64,000 nt of DNA, from NCBI GenBank assembly GCA_963677895.2, contig CAXXGJ010000018.1:352001-416000 (forward strand), given 5' to 3'. How positions within the stretch are numbered: the stretch's first letter is position 1; each line of letters opens with the position of its first letter. The notes beneath the pieces were generated by a model. It saw nothing but the letters and a program-made list of their open reading frames with translations, did not search any database and was not told the DNA's origin. Positions 1 to 10,081 of the stretch are shown piece after piece. This stretch comes from Treponemataceae bacterium. Lineage in GTDB: Bacteria > Spirochaetota > Spirochaetia > Treponematales > Rectinemataceae. Made by a program: the position numbers and the translations under genes.

Positions 1-83
1 GGCGCTTTTCGTGCCGCGGGGGCCGCGTTCTGGGCGCCTTTTCGTAAGGGCGCCCGGGGCGCGCAACAGCGGAGGAGATTATC

Positions 84-782
84 ATGAAGTTGCGCACCTA
101 TGCTGGGGCCGTATGCGTCTTGGCGATTCTCTTAATGGTCATTAGCTGCGCCAGCAATGCTAAAAAGCCGGCGGCTGAAAATCCCCGGGTGGCAACGCCT
201 GTCATAGCGCAAAACCCGGACAGGTATTTTAATAACGAGCCCATAGTGATTACCCTAGCCACCGATACGCCCGACGCAGCAATTTACTATACCCTCGACG
301 GGTCCATCCCCGCCGCGGAAAACGGCACCCTCTACGCTGGGCCTTTTAACCTGACCTTTGATAAAACAAAGAATACTGACTTTAGGGGCTACGTCCTACT
401 ACAGGCCATTGCCGTTAAGGCGGGCCATCCCAACAGCGCCATGACCTCGCAGATTTTCCAAGTGTTCCCGGCGGAGCAAATCAAGGGCTTAGACGGAAAG
501 CCGGTTACAGGCGGACCCGTGACCGGAACGGGCACCGGATATTACGCCCCGGTAGAGGTAACCTTAAGCCTGAGTAACGGGTATATAACCGACGTCAGAT
601 TTATCAACGTGGACGACAAACAAACTGAAACGTTTTTTAACAAGGCCAGAACCTATGCGGCTGATTTTTTTAAAGTTATGAACTCCCCGGATTTTGTTCC
701 CGCCGTATCCGGCGCTTCCTATTCCGGCAACGGCGTCGTGGAAGCCGCTAAAGACGCGATAAACAAAATCGTAAGTAAATAG
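84..782 (+). CDS. Lipoprotein with CHB_HEX_C/FN3-associated-like domain and C-terminal FMN-binding (flavinylated) domain
   Basis: Signal peptide ending VISC; motif ATDTPDAAIYYTLDGSIP...Y.GP; C-terminal GTGTGY...VSGASYSG matches the [S/T]GA[S/T] flavinylation motif; RBS GGAGGAG. Confidence 0.75.
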   Translation: MKLRTYAGAVCVLAILLMVISCASNAKKPAAENPRVATPVIAQNPDRYFNNEPIVITLATDTPDAAIYYTLDGSIPAAENGTLYAGPFNLTFDKTKNTDFRGYVLLQAIAVKAGHPNSAMTSQIFQVFPAEQIKGLDGKPVTGGPVTGTGTGYYAPVEVTLSLSNGYITDVRFINVDDKQTETFFNKARTYAADFFKVMNSPDFVPAVSGASYSGNGVVEAAKDAINKIVSK

Positions 783-800
783 AATAATTTTAAAGTAATG

Positions 801-825
801 AAGCCTCCCGCCCTGGAGGCTTTTT
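801..825 (+). terminator. Intrinsic terminator
   Basis: AAGCCTCC-cgccct-GGAGGCTT followed by a T run, just after CDS 84-782. Confidence 0.8.
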
Positions 826-957
826 ATTCCAAATCACAGTTCGCAAGCTCCGTATACTCCACACCTCCCCGGACAGGCCGGGACCGAAAATCAAGTCCGC
901 TTTTGATATTATCAAATTTTGTTGAAAATCATCTTATCACTGTATTTATTGATTAAA

Positions 958-988
958 ATAAAAAAGGCTGTCATCTCTGACAGCCTTT
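958..988 (-). terminator. Intrinsic terminator downstream of the RNA 3' fragment
   Basis: Perfect hairpin AAAGGCTGTCA-tctc-TGACAGCCTTT with a T tract on the minus strand. Confidence 0.8.
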
Positions 989-995
989 CCGTTCG

Positions 996-1017
996 TGAAG
1001 GTGAGATGAATCGAACC
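996..1017 (-). other. Degenerate tmRNA/tRNA-like 3' fragment (att-like island boundary)
   Basis: Minus strand reads GGTTCGATTCATCTCACCTTCA (T-loop plus acceptor-like CACCT(C/T)CA), followed by a terminator; close to the GC-rich to AT-rich transition. Confidence 0.5.
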
Positions 1018-1185
1018 TAAATATTTATATGGTATAGAGTTATATAGACTATCATAGAATGCTATGATTTCTTTCCCTAAAATGACTTATTTCTGCCAAA
1101 ATCATAATGAGCCTTCTGGCACGGTTCATCATAATCCTTGTTTTTAAGAAATATTGCTTACAGTATTGCTTACAGTATTTGATTA
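1016..1185. repeat. Island-end repeat family B, copy 1
   Basis: Homologous to 1717-1880 and 48681-48840 (shared CCTAAATA, TGCTATGATTTCTTT, ACTTATTTCTGCCAA); internal tandem TATTGCTTACAG x2 resembling integrase arm sites. Confidence 0.75.
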
Positions 1186-1432
1186 GTAACCTGAATTCCC
1201 GAATAATTATACCCCAGTTAGTTATTTAGATATATAATATAGAAATAGGAAATTAGTTAAAGGGTATATATTATACCCCTAGAAAACTTTCACTAAATAT
1301 AAGTGTATATAATAATTGGGAATAAAGACCATTGGGGTATAAAATCTCGGGAATGTAGGTAGTAAATATTATCATTTCGTTTTTTCTGGGCTATGTGCAT
1401 ATTCATAGAAGTCAATATGATTAAAACATCAT

Positions 1433-1595
1433 CTGCGCATTACGAGTGCAGTTTTTCTCTATCATGCAGTAGTTTACAATATGATGGTATTAATATAACT
1501 CTTTTCTGTCAATAGATATAGTTTCTATATCTTCACTCTTTATCACTTGGCTTCGCTTCTTATATCATGCATTTTTCACCAACTTTGCTACAAGC
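1433..1595. repeat. att core (18 bp) plus island-end repeat family A, copy 1
   Basis: CTGCGCATTACGAGTGCA at 1433-1450 is identical to 48426-48443; downstream homology continues (CATGCAGTAG, GTCAATAGATATA, CAACTTTGCTAC). Confidence 0.8.
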
Positions 1596-1716
1596 AGTGG
1601 AACTTATTCTCAAAATAATCTGTTTCATTGCTTTCAAATTAGACATTATAATTTGGTTAATAGTCTTTTTTGCTAATCATCCCTATTGGCTTAATCTTTC
1701 GGAGGCGATTGAATAA

Positions 1717-1880
1717 ACCTAAATACATATATAATATACATTTAAATTTCTTTACGTGTTGTGTTGCTGATTCTTTCCCTAAAATGATTTCCTTCAACTT
1801 ATATCAAGTATAGCCTTCTATTATTGATTCTCTTCATTCACTTTTTTGAAAATACTGGTTCCAGTATGACTGACAGTACA
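1717..1880. repeat. Island-end repeat family B, copy 2 (diverged)
   Basis: ACCTAAATACATATATAATA identical to 48681-48700; TTCTTTCCCTAAAATGA shared with copy 1. Confidence 0.7.
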
Positions 1881-2079
1881 ATATGAACCGGCAAATGTTT
1901 TGTCACTAAAAGTATTGGAATTATTAAGAAAAACGAATAATCGCTGTCTACTAAGCCCTCAACTATTGAAATAGAATGCAGAAAAACTAATATAAAGAAG
2001 TATTGTTAGTTGAAGATCTGGAAATGTAGAGTTGGCAATATTTAAACCCAAAAAAAGTTGATTACGAGTGCTTTTTTGT

Positions 2080-2108
2080 TTGACAACAGTAAAAACCAGG
2101 ATTATTAT
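2080..2108 (+). promoter_or_regulatory. sigma70-type promoter for the peptidase/dpp operon
   Basis: TTGACA-17 bp-TATTAT. Confidence 0.55.
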
Positions 2109-2147
2109 ACAATATAATGTAGCGTAGGCTATATTTTTATATCGAGA

Positions 2148-3365
2148 ATGTCGAATGCGTTTACTATGGAGATGTTAGGTATGAATAGGGTAGATACTCT
2201 CAATGGAAGGATGGAAAGTTTTCGTGGGAAAATGGATACAGCTGGAATAAATCTAGCTATTATAGTACGTCCTGTTGATATTTATCATTTCTCTGACTTT
2301 AACCCCATCAATTATAGTATGCAGAGCTTCGTACTTATTCCTCGATTCGGAGAGCCTTGCTTACTTCTTAACGCCGTTAGAGGACCTCGCTCAGATGAAC
2401 TATCTGGTATGCGGAACATTAAGCTTTATGGAAAGTGGAGTGATAACCCTTCGGTAGCTAAAAGCCCAATAGATGCTATTAAAATTATTGCTGAAAGCTA
2501 TAAGCTTGGGAAACTGCGGATTGGAAGTGAATTATCCTCTCTTATTCATACTAACTATTTAAAAATTGCTGATGCTCTCTGTGTGGAAGAGATCACTGAT
2601 ATCACTGAGGTAATGGATCTTGAAAAGTTGGTTAAAGATGACATGGCAATTGAACGATTGACGAACTGCGCCGATGTTTGTAATCACGGCATGAATATAA
2701 TGATAGAATGTCTTAGAGGTGGATCAACAGAAGCTGTGGCAACAATAGAAGCTAACTATGCTATGAAGAAAAAGTGGATCAGTGAATATCCCCAATATGA
2801 TATTACTGGTTTTGGTTCTACAGAGGCTTCAATTCAGGATGCGTTAATGACGACCTGTTCAAGTGGTATCCGAACAGCCTATGGAGCTGAAAGTGCTCGA
2901 GACTATAAACCAATATCCGGAGATCTTGTACTCCCGATAATTATAGGGAAAATGGGTGGATATTCAGTCGAGAATGAGAGAAGTCTGTATGTTGATCAAC
3001 TTGATGATTATCGAATGAAAGTTTTCGAAATAGTAATGGAAGCTAGAAATTCAGTTTTTAATATGATACGGCCCGATGTTACTTTTAGCGATCTATATCA
3101 TAGCGCGGCAAGCATTTTTGAAAAGCAAGGTTTCGGTGATTTTATGCCTGCCCGTATTGGACATGGTATGGGGCTAACTAATCATGAATATCCTTCAGTT
3201 GAAGCTGGGAATATGAGAAAATTGGAACCTGGAATGGTTTTCACTGTTGAGCCAGGATTAATGTCGAGTAAGTTCGGAGGAGTACGTCCTTCTGATACAG
3301 TACTAATTACAAAGGATGGTTTTAAGAATCTGACCAACACGGAAAACGGTATTTTAAGGATATAG
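2148..3365 (+). CDS. M24 family Xaa-Pro peptidase/creatinase-like protein
   Basis: Creatinase N-domain; RIGHGMGL..HEYP and FTVEPG motifs; start may be ATG 2181. Confidence 0.85.
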   Translation: MSNAFTMEMLGMNRVDTLNGRMESFRGKMDTAGINLAIIVRPVDIYHFSDFNPINYSMQSFVLIPRFGEPCLLLNAVRGPRSDELSGMRNIKLYGKWSDNPSVAKSPIDAIKIIAESYKLGKLRIGSELSSLIHTNYLKIADALCVEEITDITEVMDLEKLVKDDMAIERLTNCADVCNHGMNIMIECLRGGSTEAVATIEANYAMKKKWISEYPQYDITGFGSTEASIQDALMTTCSSGIRTAYGAESARDYKPISGDLVLPIIIGKMGGYSVENERSLYVDQLDDYRMKVFEIVMEARNSVFNMIRPDVTFSDLYHSAASIFEKQGFGDFMPARIGHGMGLTNHEYPSVEAGNMRKLEPGMVFTVEPGLMSSKFGGVRPSDTVLITKDGFKNLTNTENGILRI

Positions 3366-3407
3366 CCGTAAGTTTTAGATTGAATCTTATAAGGAGAGGA
3401 GATTATT

Positions 3408-4931
3408 ATGAAGAACCGGGTATTCTTTTATTTCTGTATTGTTTCTATGTTCTTGGTTCCAATTAGCAGTTTTTGCCAAACAAAGAGCAATACTACCAAA
3501 TCAGAACTTGTTGTAGCAATAAGCCGTGAAATCACTTCGATGACTCCATATATGCCAGGGCTAGGTACTTTGGGTGCTAACCTTGCAAATCAAATTCATG
3601 ATTGCTTAATTCAACGCGCACCTGATGGGAGCATTGAGCCTGCATTGGTAGAGAGTTGGTCTATTCTGGATGATACTACTTGGCAGCTGCGTCTTCGAAA
3701 AGGAGTCACGTTTCATAATGGTGAGGTATTTAACGCTGATGCAATAATATTTACATGGAATTTTATCACCACTCCTGGTACTCCACTAACAAATTCAGCC
3801 GACCTTACAGAGTATATTAAAAGCATCGAAAAAAAGGATGACTATACAATCTTAATACATACGAAAGTTCCATATTCCGGTCTTTTGCTGCGCTTGGCGG
3901 CATTTCGAGCTTTTCCTCCTCAATACATGAAGGAACATGGATTGGCTTATTTTAATGAACATCCTATAGGGACTGGCCCATTTAAATTTGTTAGTAGAGT
4001 AGTTGATGAAAAAACTGCATTTGAAGCTTATGAAAAATATTGGGGAGGTTCGCCAAAAATAAAAAAATTGACTTTTGTTCCTATTGTTGAGCAGTCAACC
4101 CGAGTTGCTGCCTTGGAAGCTGGTGATATTGATATTATAAATGGTGTACCTACTAGCCAGGTTACCCGCTTGAAAAGTAAAGGTCTTGCCATTATATCAG
4201 CTAAAACCACACGTAGCTGCTATATAGGTTTCAACACTATTGCATCAAAACCTTTAAAAGATATTCGTGTTCGATATGCTCTTAATCATGCTGTTAACGT
4301 TGACGAGATAATTAATGTGATATTAGGAGGATATGCTTTTAAATTAGCTGATTGTACATTTAATCCAACATACACGGGCTATAGGACAGATCTACAGCAT
4401 TTGGAATTCAATCCTGATAAGGCAAAAAAACTTCTTGCAGAAGCGGGATATCCAAATGGTTTAAATTTGACTATGAGCTATGTTCCTGGACAAATATTGA
4501 ATGATACGGAAGTAGCACAAGTAGTGGTTGCACAACTTTCAAAGGTTGGTATCAATGTTTCTCTTTCAGAGGTTGAAACAGGTGTAAAAAACAAGCAGCT
4601 GCTTGATGACAGTATTGCCGATTTGTATATTGCGTCGCTTGGTGGTCCCCAGGCTGATGGTGATTTGATGAATTCAGTAGGCTTCGATACGAAGGGTCGT
4701 TATTCAACATGGGCAAACGCCGAATTAGATGCGCTAAGAGCAAAGGCAAATGCCGCAATGAATCCAGTTGTAGCTAAAAAATTGTGGGGGGAGTTGCAAG
4801 AAAAAATGTGGCGGGATGCACCAGGAATTGCTATGTACCAGGCATTTGAAATATACGCTTACAATCCCAAGCTAAAAAATTGGTTGCCTAAAGCTGATGA
4901 TCTTGGAGATTATTCTAAATGCTATTTTTGA
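3408..4931 (+). CDS. Peptide/nickel ABC transporter substrate-binding protein (family 5)
   Basis: LRKGVTFHNG, PIGTGPFKF and KAKKLLAEAGY motifs; signal peptide. Confidence 0.92.
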   Translation: MKNRVFFYFCIVSMFLVPISSFCQTKSNTTKSELVVAISREITSMTPYMPGLGTLGANLANQIHDCLIQRAPDGSIEPALVESWSILDDTTWQLRLRKGVTFHNGEVFNADAIIFTWNFITTPGTPLTNSADLTEYIKSIEKKDDYTILIHTKVPYSGLLLRLAAFRAFPPQYMKEHGLAYFNEHPIGTGPFKFVSRVVDEKTAFEAYEKYWGGSPKIKKLTFVPIVEQSTRVAALEAGDIDIINGVPTSQVTRLKSKGLAIISAKTTRSCYIGFNTIASKPLKDIRVRYALNHAVNVDEIINVILGGYAFKLADCTFNPTYTGYRTDLQHLEFNPDKAKKLLAEAGYPNGLNLTMSYVPGQILNDTEVAQVVVAQLSKVGINVSLSEVETGVKNKQLLDDSIADLYIASLGGPQADGDLMNSVGFDTKGRYSTWANAELDALRAKANAAMNPVVAKKLWGELQEKMWRDAPGIAMYQAFEIYAYNPKLKNWLPKADDLGDYSKCYF

Positions 4932-4951
4932 ATTAGCTTAGTGTGTTTTTG

Positions 4952-4989
4952 AGATACGACTGCATGAATTAAAATATGTAGTCGTATCT
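4952..4989 (+). terminator. Stem-loop after the SBP gene (attenuating or mRNA-stabilising)
   Basis: AGATACGACTGCAT...ATGTAGTCGTATCT inverted repeat. Confidence 0.65.
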
Positions 4990-5034
4990 GTAGTTAGTAT
5001 GAAAACAAAACCGTAATAGAGGTAGTTGTAATAT

Positions 5035-5952
5035 ATGGTTAAATATTTTTTTAAGAGAGTTTGGCAAGCCATTATTGTTTTGTTTGGAGTAATCTCTTTT
5101 GTATTTATAATGTTACAACTTACAGGAGATCCAATATCATTTCTTATAGAACCAAATGCAACAAAAGAAGCTGAACAAGCACTACGAATTTCACTTGGCT
5201 TTGATAGGCCTGTTTATATACAATATTTAATATTCTTAGGAAATGCTATACAAGGAAATTTCGGAAATTCGTACTATTTCAATCAACCTGCTCTTTCACT
5301 TGTATTAAATAAAATGCCTGCTACGCTATGTCTAGCATTTTATTCTCTTTTAGTTGCTGTAATTTGGAGCATACCCGCTGGAATTATTGCAGCTGTCAAA
5401 CGTAACTCATTAGTTGATGCGTTAGTAAGAGTATTTTCACTCTTGGGACAATCTCTTCCTACATTTTGGCTTGGTATATTACTTATTCTTGTATTCGGTG
5501 TGAAGCTAAAATGGTTACCTACTTTTGGATATGGGAAATTCGTAAATTTTATAATGCCCGTTATTGCATTATCGACTCATTCAGGAGCTAGTATAGCACG
5601 CCTTATGAGATCTGGTATGTTAGATGTACTAAATAAAGAATATATTATTGCAGCCAAAGCAAAAGGTGTAAGTAAATTTGGTTTAATAACAAGGCATGCT
5701 TTTAAGAATAGTATAAATTCTGTTATTACAATAATTGGCCTCCAATTAGCTACTTTAATGGGAGGGTCTATAGTTATTGAAAATGTATTTTCTTGGCCTG
5801 GTGTTGGAAGATTGATACTTCAATCAATTCAAAAGCGCGATTTCATGGTTGTAGAAGCAGGTGTTTTTATTATTGCAGTATTTTTTATTGTTGTTAATTT
5901 GTTAGTAGATATGTCATATGCATTTCTTAATCCTCGTATAAGATATGAATAA
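5035..5952 (+). CDS. dppB: Peptide ABC transporter permease (DppB-like)
   Basis: GDP, SLPTFWLG, AKAKG, IENVFSWPGVG motifs. Confidence 0.9.
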   Translation: MVKYFFKRVWQAIIVLFGVISFVFIMLQLTGDPISFLIEPNATKEAEQALRISLGFDRPVYIQYLIFLGNAIQGNFGNSYYFNQPALSLVLNKMPATLCLAFYSLLVAVIWSIPAGIIAAVKRNSLVDALVRVFSLLGQSLPTFWLGILLILVFGVKLKWLPTFGYGKFVNFIMPVIALSTHSGASIARLMRSGMLDVLNKEYIIAAKAKGVSKFGLITRHAFKNSINSVITIIGLQLATLMGGSIVIENVFSWPGVGRLILQSIQKRDFMVVEAGVFIIAVFFIVVNLLVDMSYAFLNPRIRYE

Positions 5953-6811
5953 TTTTGGGGAGAATATAATGTATTATCAGCTAAAAAAAAGTCCTACAGG
6001 TTTTATTGGTCTAGCTATAATTATTATATTTGTCATTGTAGCTTTTTTAGCACCGATAATCAGCCCATTTGATCCATCAGAACAAAATCTTACAGAAAGA
6101 TTACATAAACCAATTTGGGGAAATGAAAATTATTCAAGTATACATATACTTGGGACTGATCAGTTGGGAAGAGATGTATTAAGTAGAATTATCTATGGTT
6201 CACGTATAAGTATAAGTGTATCGCTTTGTGGAACAATATTTGGATTAATTTTTGGTACTATTATGGGAGCAATTGCTGGATATTTTGGGAAATTCATAGA
6301 TACAATAATTAGCAGAATTATTGATATACAACTTTCCTTCCCATTTATGTTAATCGCTATATTTGTTGCTTCAACTATTGGTCCAGGCATTATTAATATT
6401 ATTATAGTTGCAGGTATTACAAGTTGGGTTCGTTTTGCTCGAATAGCTCGAGCAGAAGTTCTTAATATTAAGAATCTAGAATATATTACAGCAACTCGTG
6501 CTTTGGGTGGGAAAAATATACGAATCATTCTAAACCATATTCTTCCGAATATTATTAGTCCTATCATTGTTATTGCTTCATTAGAAGTATCAAAAATTGT
6601 ATTGATGGAAGCCTCTCTTAGCTTTTTAGGTTTAGGTGTGCCTCCTCAAATACCAACTTGGGGTCGAATGCTTGCCCAAAGTATTACATATTTACAAACA
6701 GCTTCGTATTTGGCAGTTATTCCTGGCATTGCAATAACTTTATTAGTTCTTTCGTTAAATCTTTTTGGAGACTGGTTGCGAGATTACCTTGATCCAAAAA
6801 TAGCAGATTGA
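5945..6811 (+). CDS. dppC: Peptide ABC transporter permease (DppC-like)
   Basis: HILGTDQLGRD, HILPN, SFLGLG motifs. Confidence 0.9.
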   Translation: MNNFGENIMYYQLKKSPTGFIGLAIIIIFVIVAFLAPIISPFDPSEQNLTERLHKPIWGNENYSSIHILGTDQLGRDVLSRIIYGSRISISVSLCGTIFGLIFGTIMGAIAGYFGKFIDTIISRIIDIQLSFPFMLIAIFVASTIGPGIINIIIVAGITSWVRFARIARAEVLNIKNLEYITATRALGGKNIRIILNHILPNIISPIIVIASLEVSKIVLMEASLSFLGLGVPPQIPTWGRMLAQSITYLQTASYLAVIPGIAITLLVLSLNLFGDWLRDYLDPKIAD

Positions 6812-6834
6812 ATTCATACAAGTGAGGAAGAAAA

Positions 6835-7803
6835 ATGTTTAATTCGATATTATCAATCGAAAATCTCAGTATAGATTTTAAAATACAAGAAAAAATATAT
6901 CGTGCTGTTGATAATATTAGTTTTATTTTACATAAAGAAGAAAGGCTTGGAGTTGTTGGTGAATCAGGATGTGGAAAAAGCATAACTTGTAAAGCAATAC
7001 TTGGTTTACTCTCTAACAAGGCAGTAATATCTGGAAATATAATATTTAATAATGAAAACCTCATAAAATTAAAAGATAAACAATTGAACAAAGTACGTGG
7101 TTCTAAAATTTCAATGATATTCCAAGAACCAGTTGCTTCATTAAACCCAGTTTTTACAATAGGTTATCAATTGAATGAAGCCATCTTGTTACATCAAAAA
7201 GTTAATAAAAAAGAAGCTCATGAAATTGCGTTAGAAATGTTGAATCTTGTTAAACTGCCTCAAGCTGAACAAAGGATAAAGCAATATCCATTTGAGTTAT
7301 CTGGTGGAATGTGTCAGCGTGTAATGATTGCAATTGCACTTTCATGTAAACCTATGATACTAATTGCTGACGAACCAACAACAGCACTTGATGTAACAAT
7401 TCAAGCTCAAATACTCAACTTAATCAAACGCTTGAATTCTGAGTTAAAGACTTCACTCATACTTATTACACATGATCTTGGTGTAATTGCTGAAACCGTT
7501 GAAAATGTAATAGTAATGTATGCAGGAAATATTGTAGAAAAAGCTGAAGTCAATCAATTATTTCATAATCCTCTTCATCCGTACACAATTGGATTGTTAG
7601 CTGCAATTCCAAAAATTGAAAAAGAATCAAAAACGTTAGAACAGATACCTGGATTAGTACCATCAATTTTAAATATGCCTAATGGATGCAGGTTTAATAC
7701 TAGATGTAAACTAAAAATGGAATTGTGTAAAACTAAAAGTCCGCCAGAAATTGTTATAGATGGTCATATGGTGAAGTGTTGGAAATATGCGGGAGCTTAT
7801 TAA
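6835..7803 (+). CDS. dppD: Peptide ABC transporter ATP-binding protein (DppD-like)
   Basis: [28 protein letters not shown]. Confidence 0.92.
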   Translation: MFNSILSIENLSIDFKIQEKIYRAVDNISFILHKEERLGVVGESGCGKSITCKAILGLLSNKAVISGNIIFNNENLIKLKDKQLNKVRGSKISMIFQEPVASLNPVFTIGYQLNEAILLHQKVNKKEAHEIALEMLNLVKLPQAEQRIKQYPFELSGGMCQRVMIAIALSCKPMILIADEPTTALDVTIQAQILNLIKRLNSELKTSLILITHDLGVIAETVENVIVMYAGNIVEKAEVNQLFHNPLHPYTIGLLAAIPKIEKESKTLEQIPGLVPSILNMPNGCRFNTRCKLKMELCKTKSPPEIVIDGHMVKCWKYAGAY

Positions 7804-8812
7804 AATGAATTTAGATAACATAATAAGAGATTCAAATATAAAATCAGATAATATATTGAATGTAGTTAATTTAAAAAAATATTTTCCAACTAAAAAAGGA
7901 GTATTTGGGTTAAGAAAAGAATATATAAAAGCTGTTGATGATGTAAGTTTTTATATCAAATCGGGAGAAACTCTTGGTCTGGTTGGAGAGTCTGGTTGTG
8001 GAAAATCAACTGTTGGGCATTCAATATTACGGTTAATTGAACCAACAGAAGGGAAAATTGTTTTTGATGGACAAGAAATAACAAATATTAATGGAAAAAA
8101 TCTTAGAAAGTTAAGAAATAAATTTCAAATTATATTTCAAGATCCTTTGTCTTCTCTTGATCCTAGGTTTACAATCGGTAGATCATTAAGTGAACCATTT
8201 GAAATTCAAAAAATATATAAAAGAAAAGAAATAAATGAAAAAGTTAAAGAACTAGTAGAAATAGTAGGGCTTAGTCAAGATAGTATTGGTAGGTATCCTC
8301 ATGAATTTTCTGGTGGACAAAAACAAAGAATTTGTATTGCACGAGCTCTTGCTGTTAGTCCAAAAATGATAGTTTGTGATGAGTGTGTTTCTGCTCTAGA
8401 TGTATCGATACAAGCCCAGATAATAAATCTTCTAGTTCAATTGAAAAATAGAAAAAATAGTTTATCTTATTTATTTATTTCACACGATTTGCGAGTAATT
8501 AAGCATATTTCAGATAGAGTCGCAGTTATGTATTTAGGAAAAATTGTAGAAATTGCCGAAAAAACTGATTTATTTAACAATCCAAAACATCCTTATACAC
8601 AATCACTTTTGAGTGCAATTCCATTTACAGATCCAAGTAAAAAAAGAGAAAAAATATTATTAACGGATGATATTCTTAGTTTAGCAAATATGACAAATGG
8701 CTGCAAATTTAATAATAGATGTTTTAAAGTACAAAAAATATGTAAAGAAACTGAACCGGAAATTAAACAATATGGTAACAATCATTATTGTTCATGCCAT
8801 TTTTGCGATTAG
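7787..8812 (+). CDS. dppF: Peptide ABC transporter ATP-binding protein (DppF-like)
   Basis: [20 protein letters not shown]; start may be ATG 7804. Confidence 0.92.
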   Translation: MRELIKMNLDNIIRDSNIKSDNILNVVNLKKYFPTKKGVFGLRKEYIKAVDDVSFYIKSGETLGLVGESGCGKSTVGHSILRLIEPTEGKIVFDGQEITNINGKNLRKLRNKFQIIFQDPLSSLDPRFTIGRSLSEPFEIQKIYKRKEINEKVKELVEIVGLSQDSIGRYPHEFSGGQKQRICIARALAVSPKMIVCDECVSALDVSIQAQIINLLVQLKNRKNSLSYLFISHDLRVIKHISDRVAVMYLGKIVEIAEKTDLFNNPKHPYTQSLLSAIPFTDPSKKREKILLTDDILSLANMTNGCKFNNRCFKVQKICKETEPEIKQYGNNHYCSCHFCD

Positions 8813-8842
8813 CAAGACGGAAAAAATATAAGGAGATTGTTT

Positions 8843-9835
8843 ATGATGGGGAAAATGACTAAAAGAGAACGGGTTGAAGCGGCACTTAACTTTAAAGAAG
8901 TAGACCGATTACCTATTAGTATTTGGTTTCATTTACCAGAGGTAGATCAAGATCCAGTAAGTCTTGCTGCTGCAACTATTTCTGTAAATAAGAAATATGA
9001 TTTTGATTTCATTAAAATGATGCCATTTGGAAACTATGGCGCTCAAGATTATGGATTGAGTGTTCGCTTTTATTGTACAAAGACACAACCAGCAAAGGAA
9101 ATAGAATTTTGTATTAAAGATGCTAAAGATTGGACAAATATTGAACCGTTACCGGCCTATTATGGGACTTATGGGAAACAAGTACAATTTTCACAACAAT
9201 TACAAAAGCAATTAAATGGAGAAGATATCCCATATATTCAGACTATATTCAGTCCTTTGACAATTGCAAAAAAATTAGCTGGACCTAGAATTTATAAAGA
9301 CATTAAGGAAAATCCAAAATATGTGCATCAAGCCCTTAAAGCGATTACGGAAACAACACGTAATTTTTGTAAAGCTAATATTGAAGCTGGAGTAGCAGGA
9401 TTCTTTTTTGCAAGTCAATGTGCTAGTTATACATTGATGAGCGAACTCGAATATGATGAATTTGGAATGAAGTATGATTTAGATGTTTTTAATTCATTTG
9501 AAAATAATACATATTTTAATGTAATTCACATTCATGGTGATAATACTATGTTTGAGAAACTTACTAAATATCCTGGTAATTGTATTAACTGGCATGATCG
9601 CTGGGCTTCTCCAAATCTTGAAGAAGCAAGAAGTATAACTAGTAAATGTTTATTAGGTGGAATCAACGAAAAGGAGTTTGTTGTAGCTGATCAAGAAAAA
9701 GTATATTCACATATTAAAGAGGCAGTAGATATGGCAGGGGAAAAAGGATATATGGTTGGGCCAGGATGTGTAGCAAAGTTGGCAACTCCAGAAAGCAATT
9801 TTTATGCTGCAAGAAAGGCAATAGAAAATATGTAG
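8843..9835 (+). CDS. Uroporphyrinogen decarboxylase (URO-D/MtaA) fold protein
   Basis: MTKRERV..A....VDR.P N-terminus; FSPLT, IHIHG and GPGC motifs. Confidence 0.8.
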   Translation: MMGKMTKRERVEAALNFKEVDRLPISIWFHLPEVDQDPVSLAAATISVNKKYDFDFIKMMPFGNYGAQDYGLSVRFYCTKTQPAKEIEFCIKDAKDWTNIEPLPAYYGTYGKQVQFSQQLQKQLNGEDIPYIQTIFSPLTIAKKLAGPRIYKDIKENPKYVHQALKAITETTRNFCKANIEAGVAGFFFASQCASYTLMSELEYDEFGMKYDLDVFNSFENNTYFNVIHIHGDNTMFEKLTKYPGNCINWHDRWASPNLEEARSITSKCLLGGINEKEFVVADQEKVYSHIKEAVDMAGEKGYMVGPGCVAKLATPESNFYAARKAIENM

Positions 9836-9869
9836 TACATATTTTAATTTAAAGTATAGAATTTAAATA

Positions 9870-9952
9870 ATTGATTACAATTACATAAAATCATATGAAG
9901 ATGGTTTAATAATTGAAAAGTATTATTGTGTAATTGTAATCAATATTTTTTT
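9870..9952 (+). terminator. Long hairpin / probable terminator
   Basis: 16-bp perfect inverted repeat ATTGATTACAATTACA (9870-9885) / TGTAATTGTAATCAAT (9929-9944), then a T run. Confidence 0.6.
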
Positions 9953-10081
9953 AAGAGTATAAAGTGATTAACTAATTAAAAGTTGAGTAAAAAATAATTA
10001 AAATATATTTGAATAAAAGATACTAATAAAAAAATATATTAAATTGTTTTAAAATAATTTGTTAAATCTGAGGACGTAAAA

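Noticed and set aside
1016..1880. CRISPR array or integron attC array
   Set aside because: The repeats are long, diverged and irregularly spaced; no cas genes or cassette ORFs; better explained as att arms.
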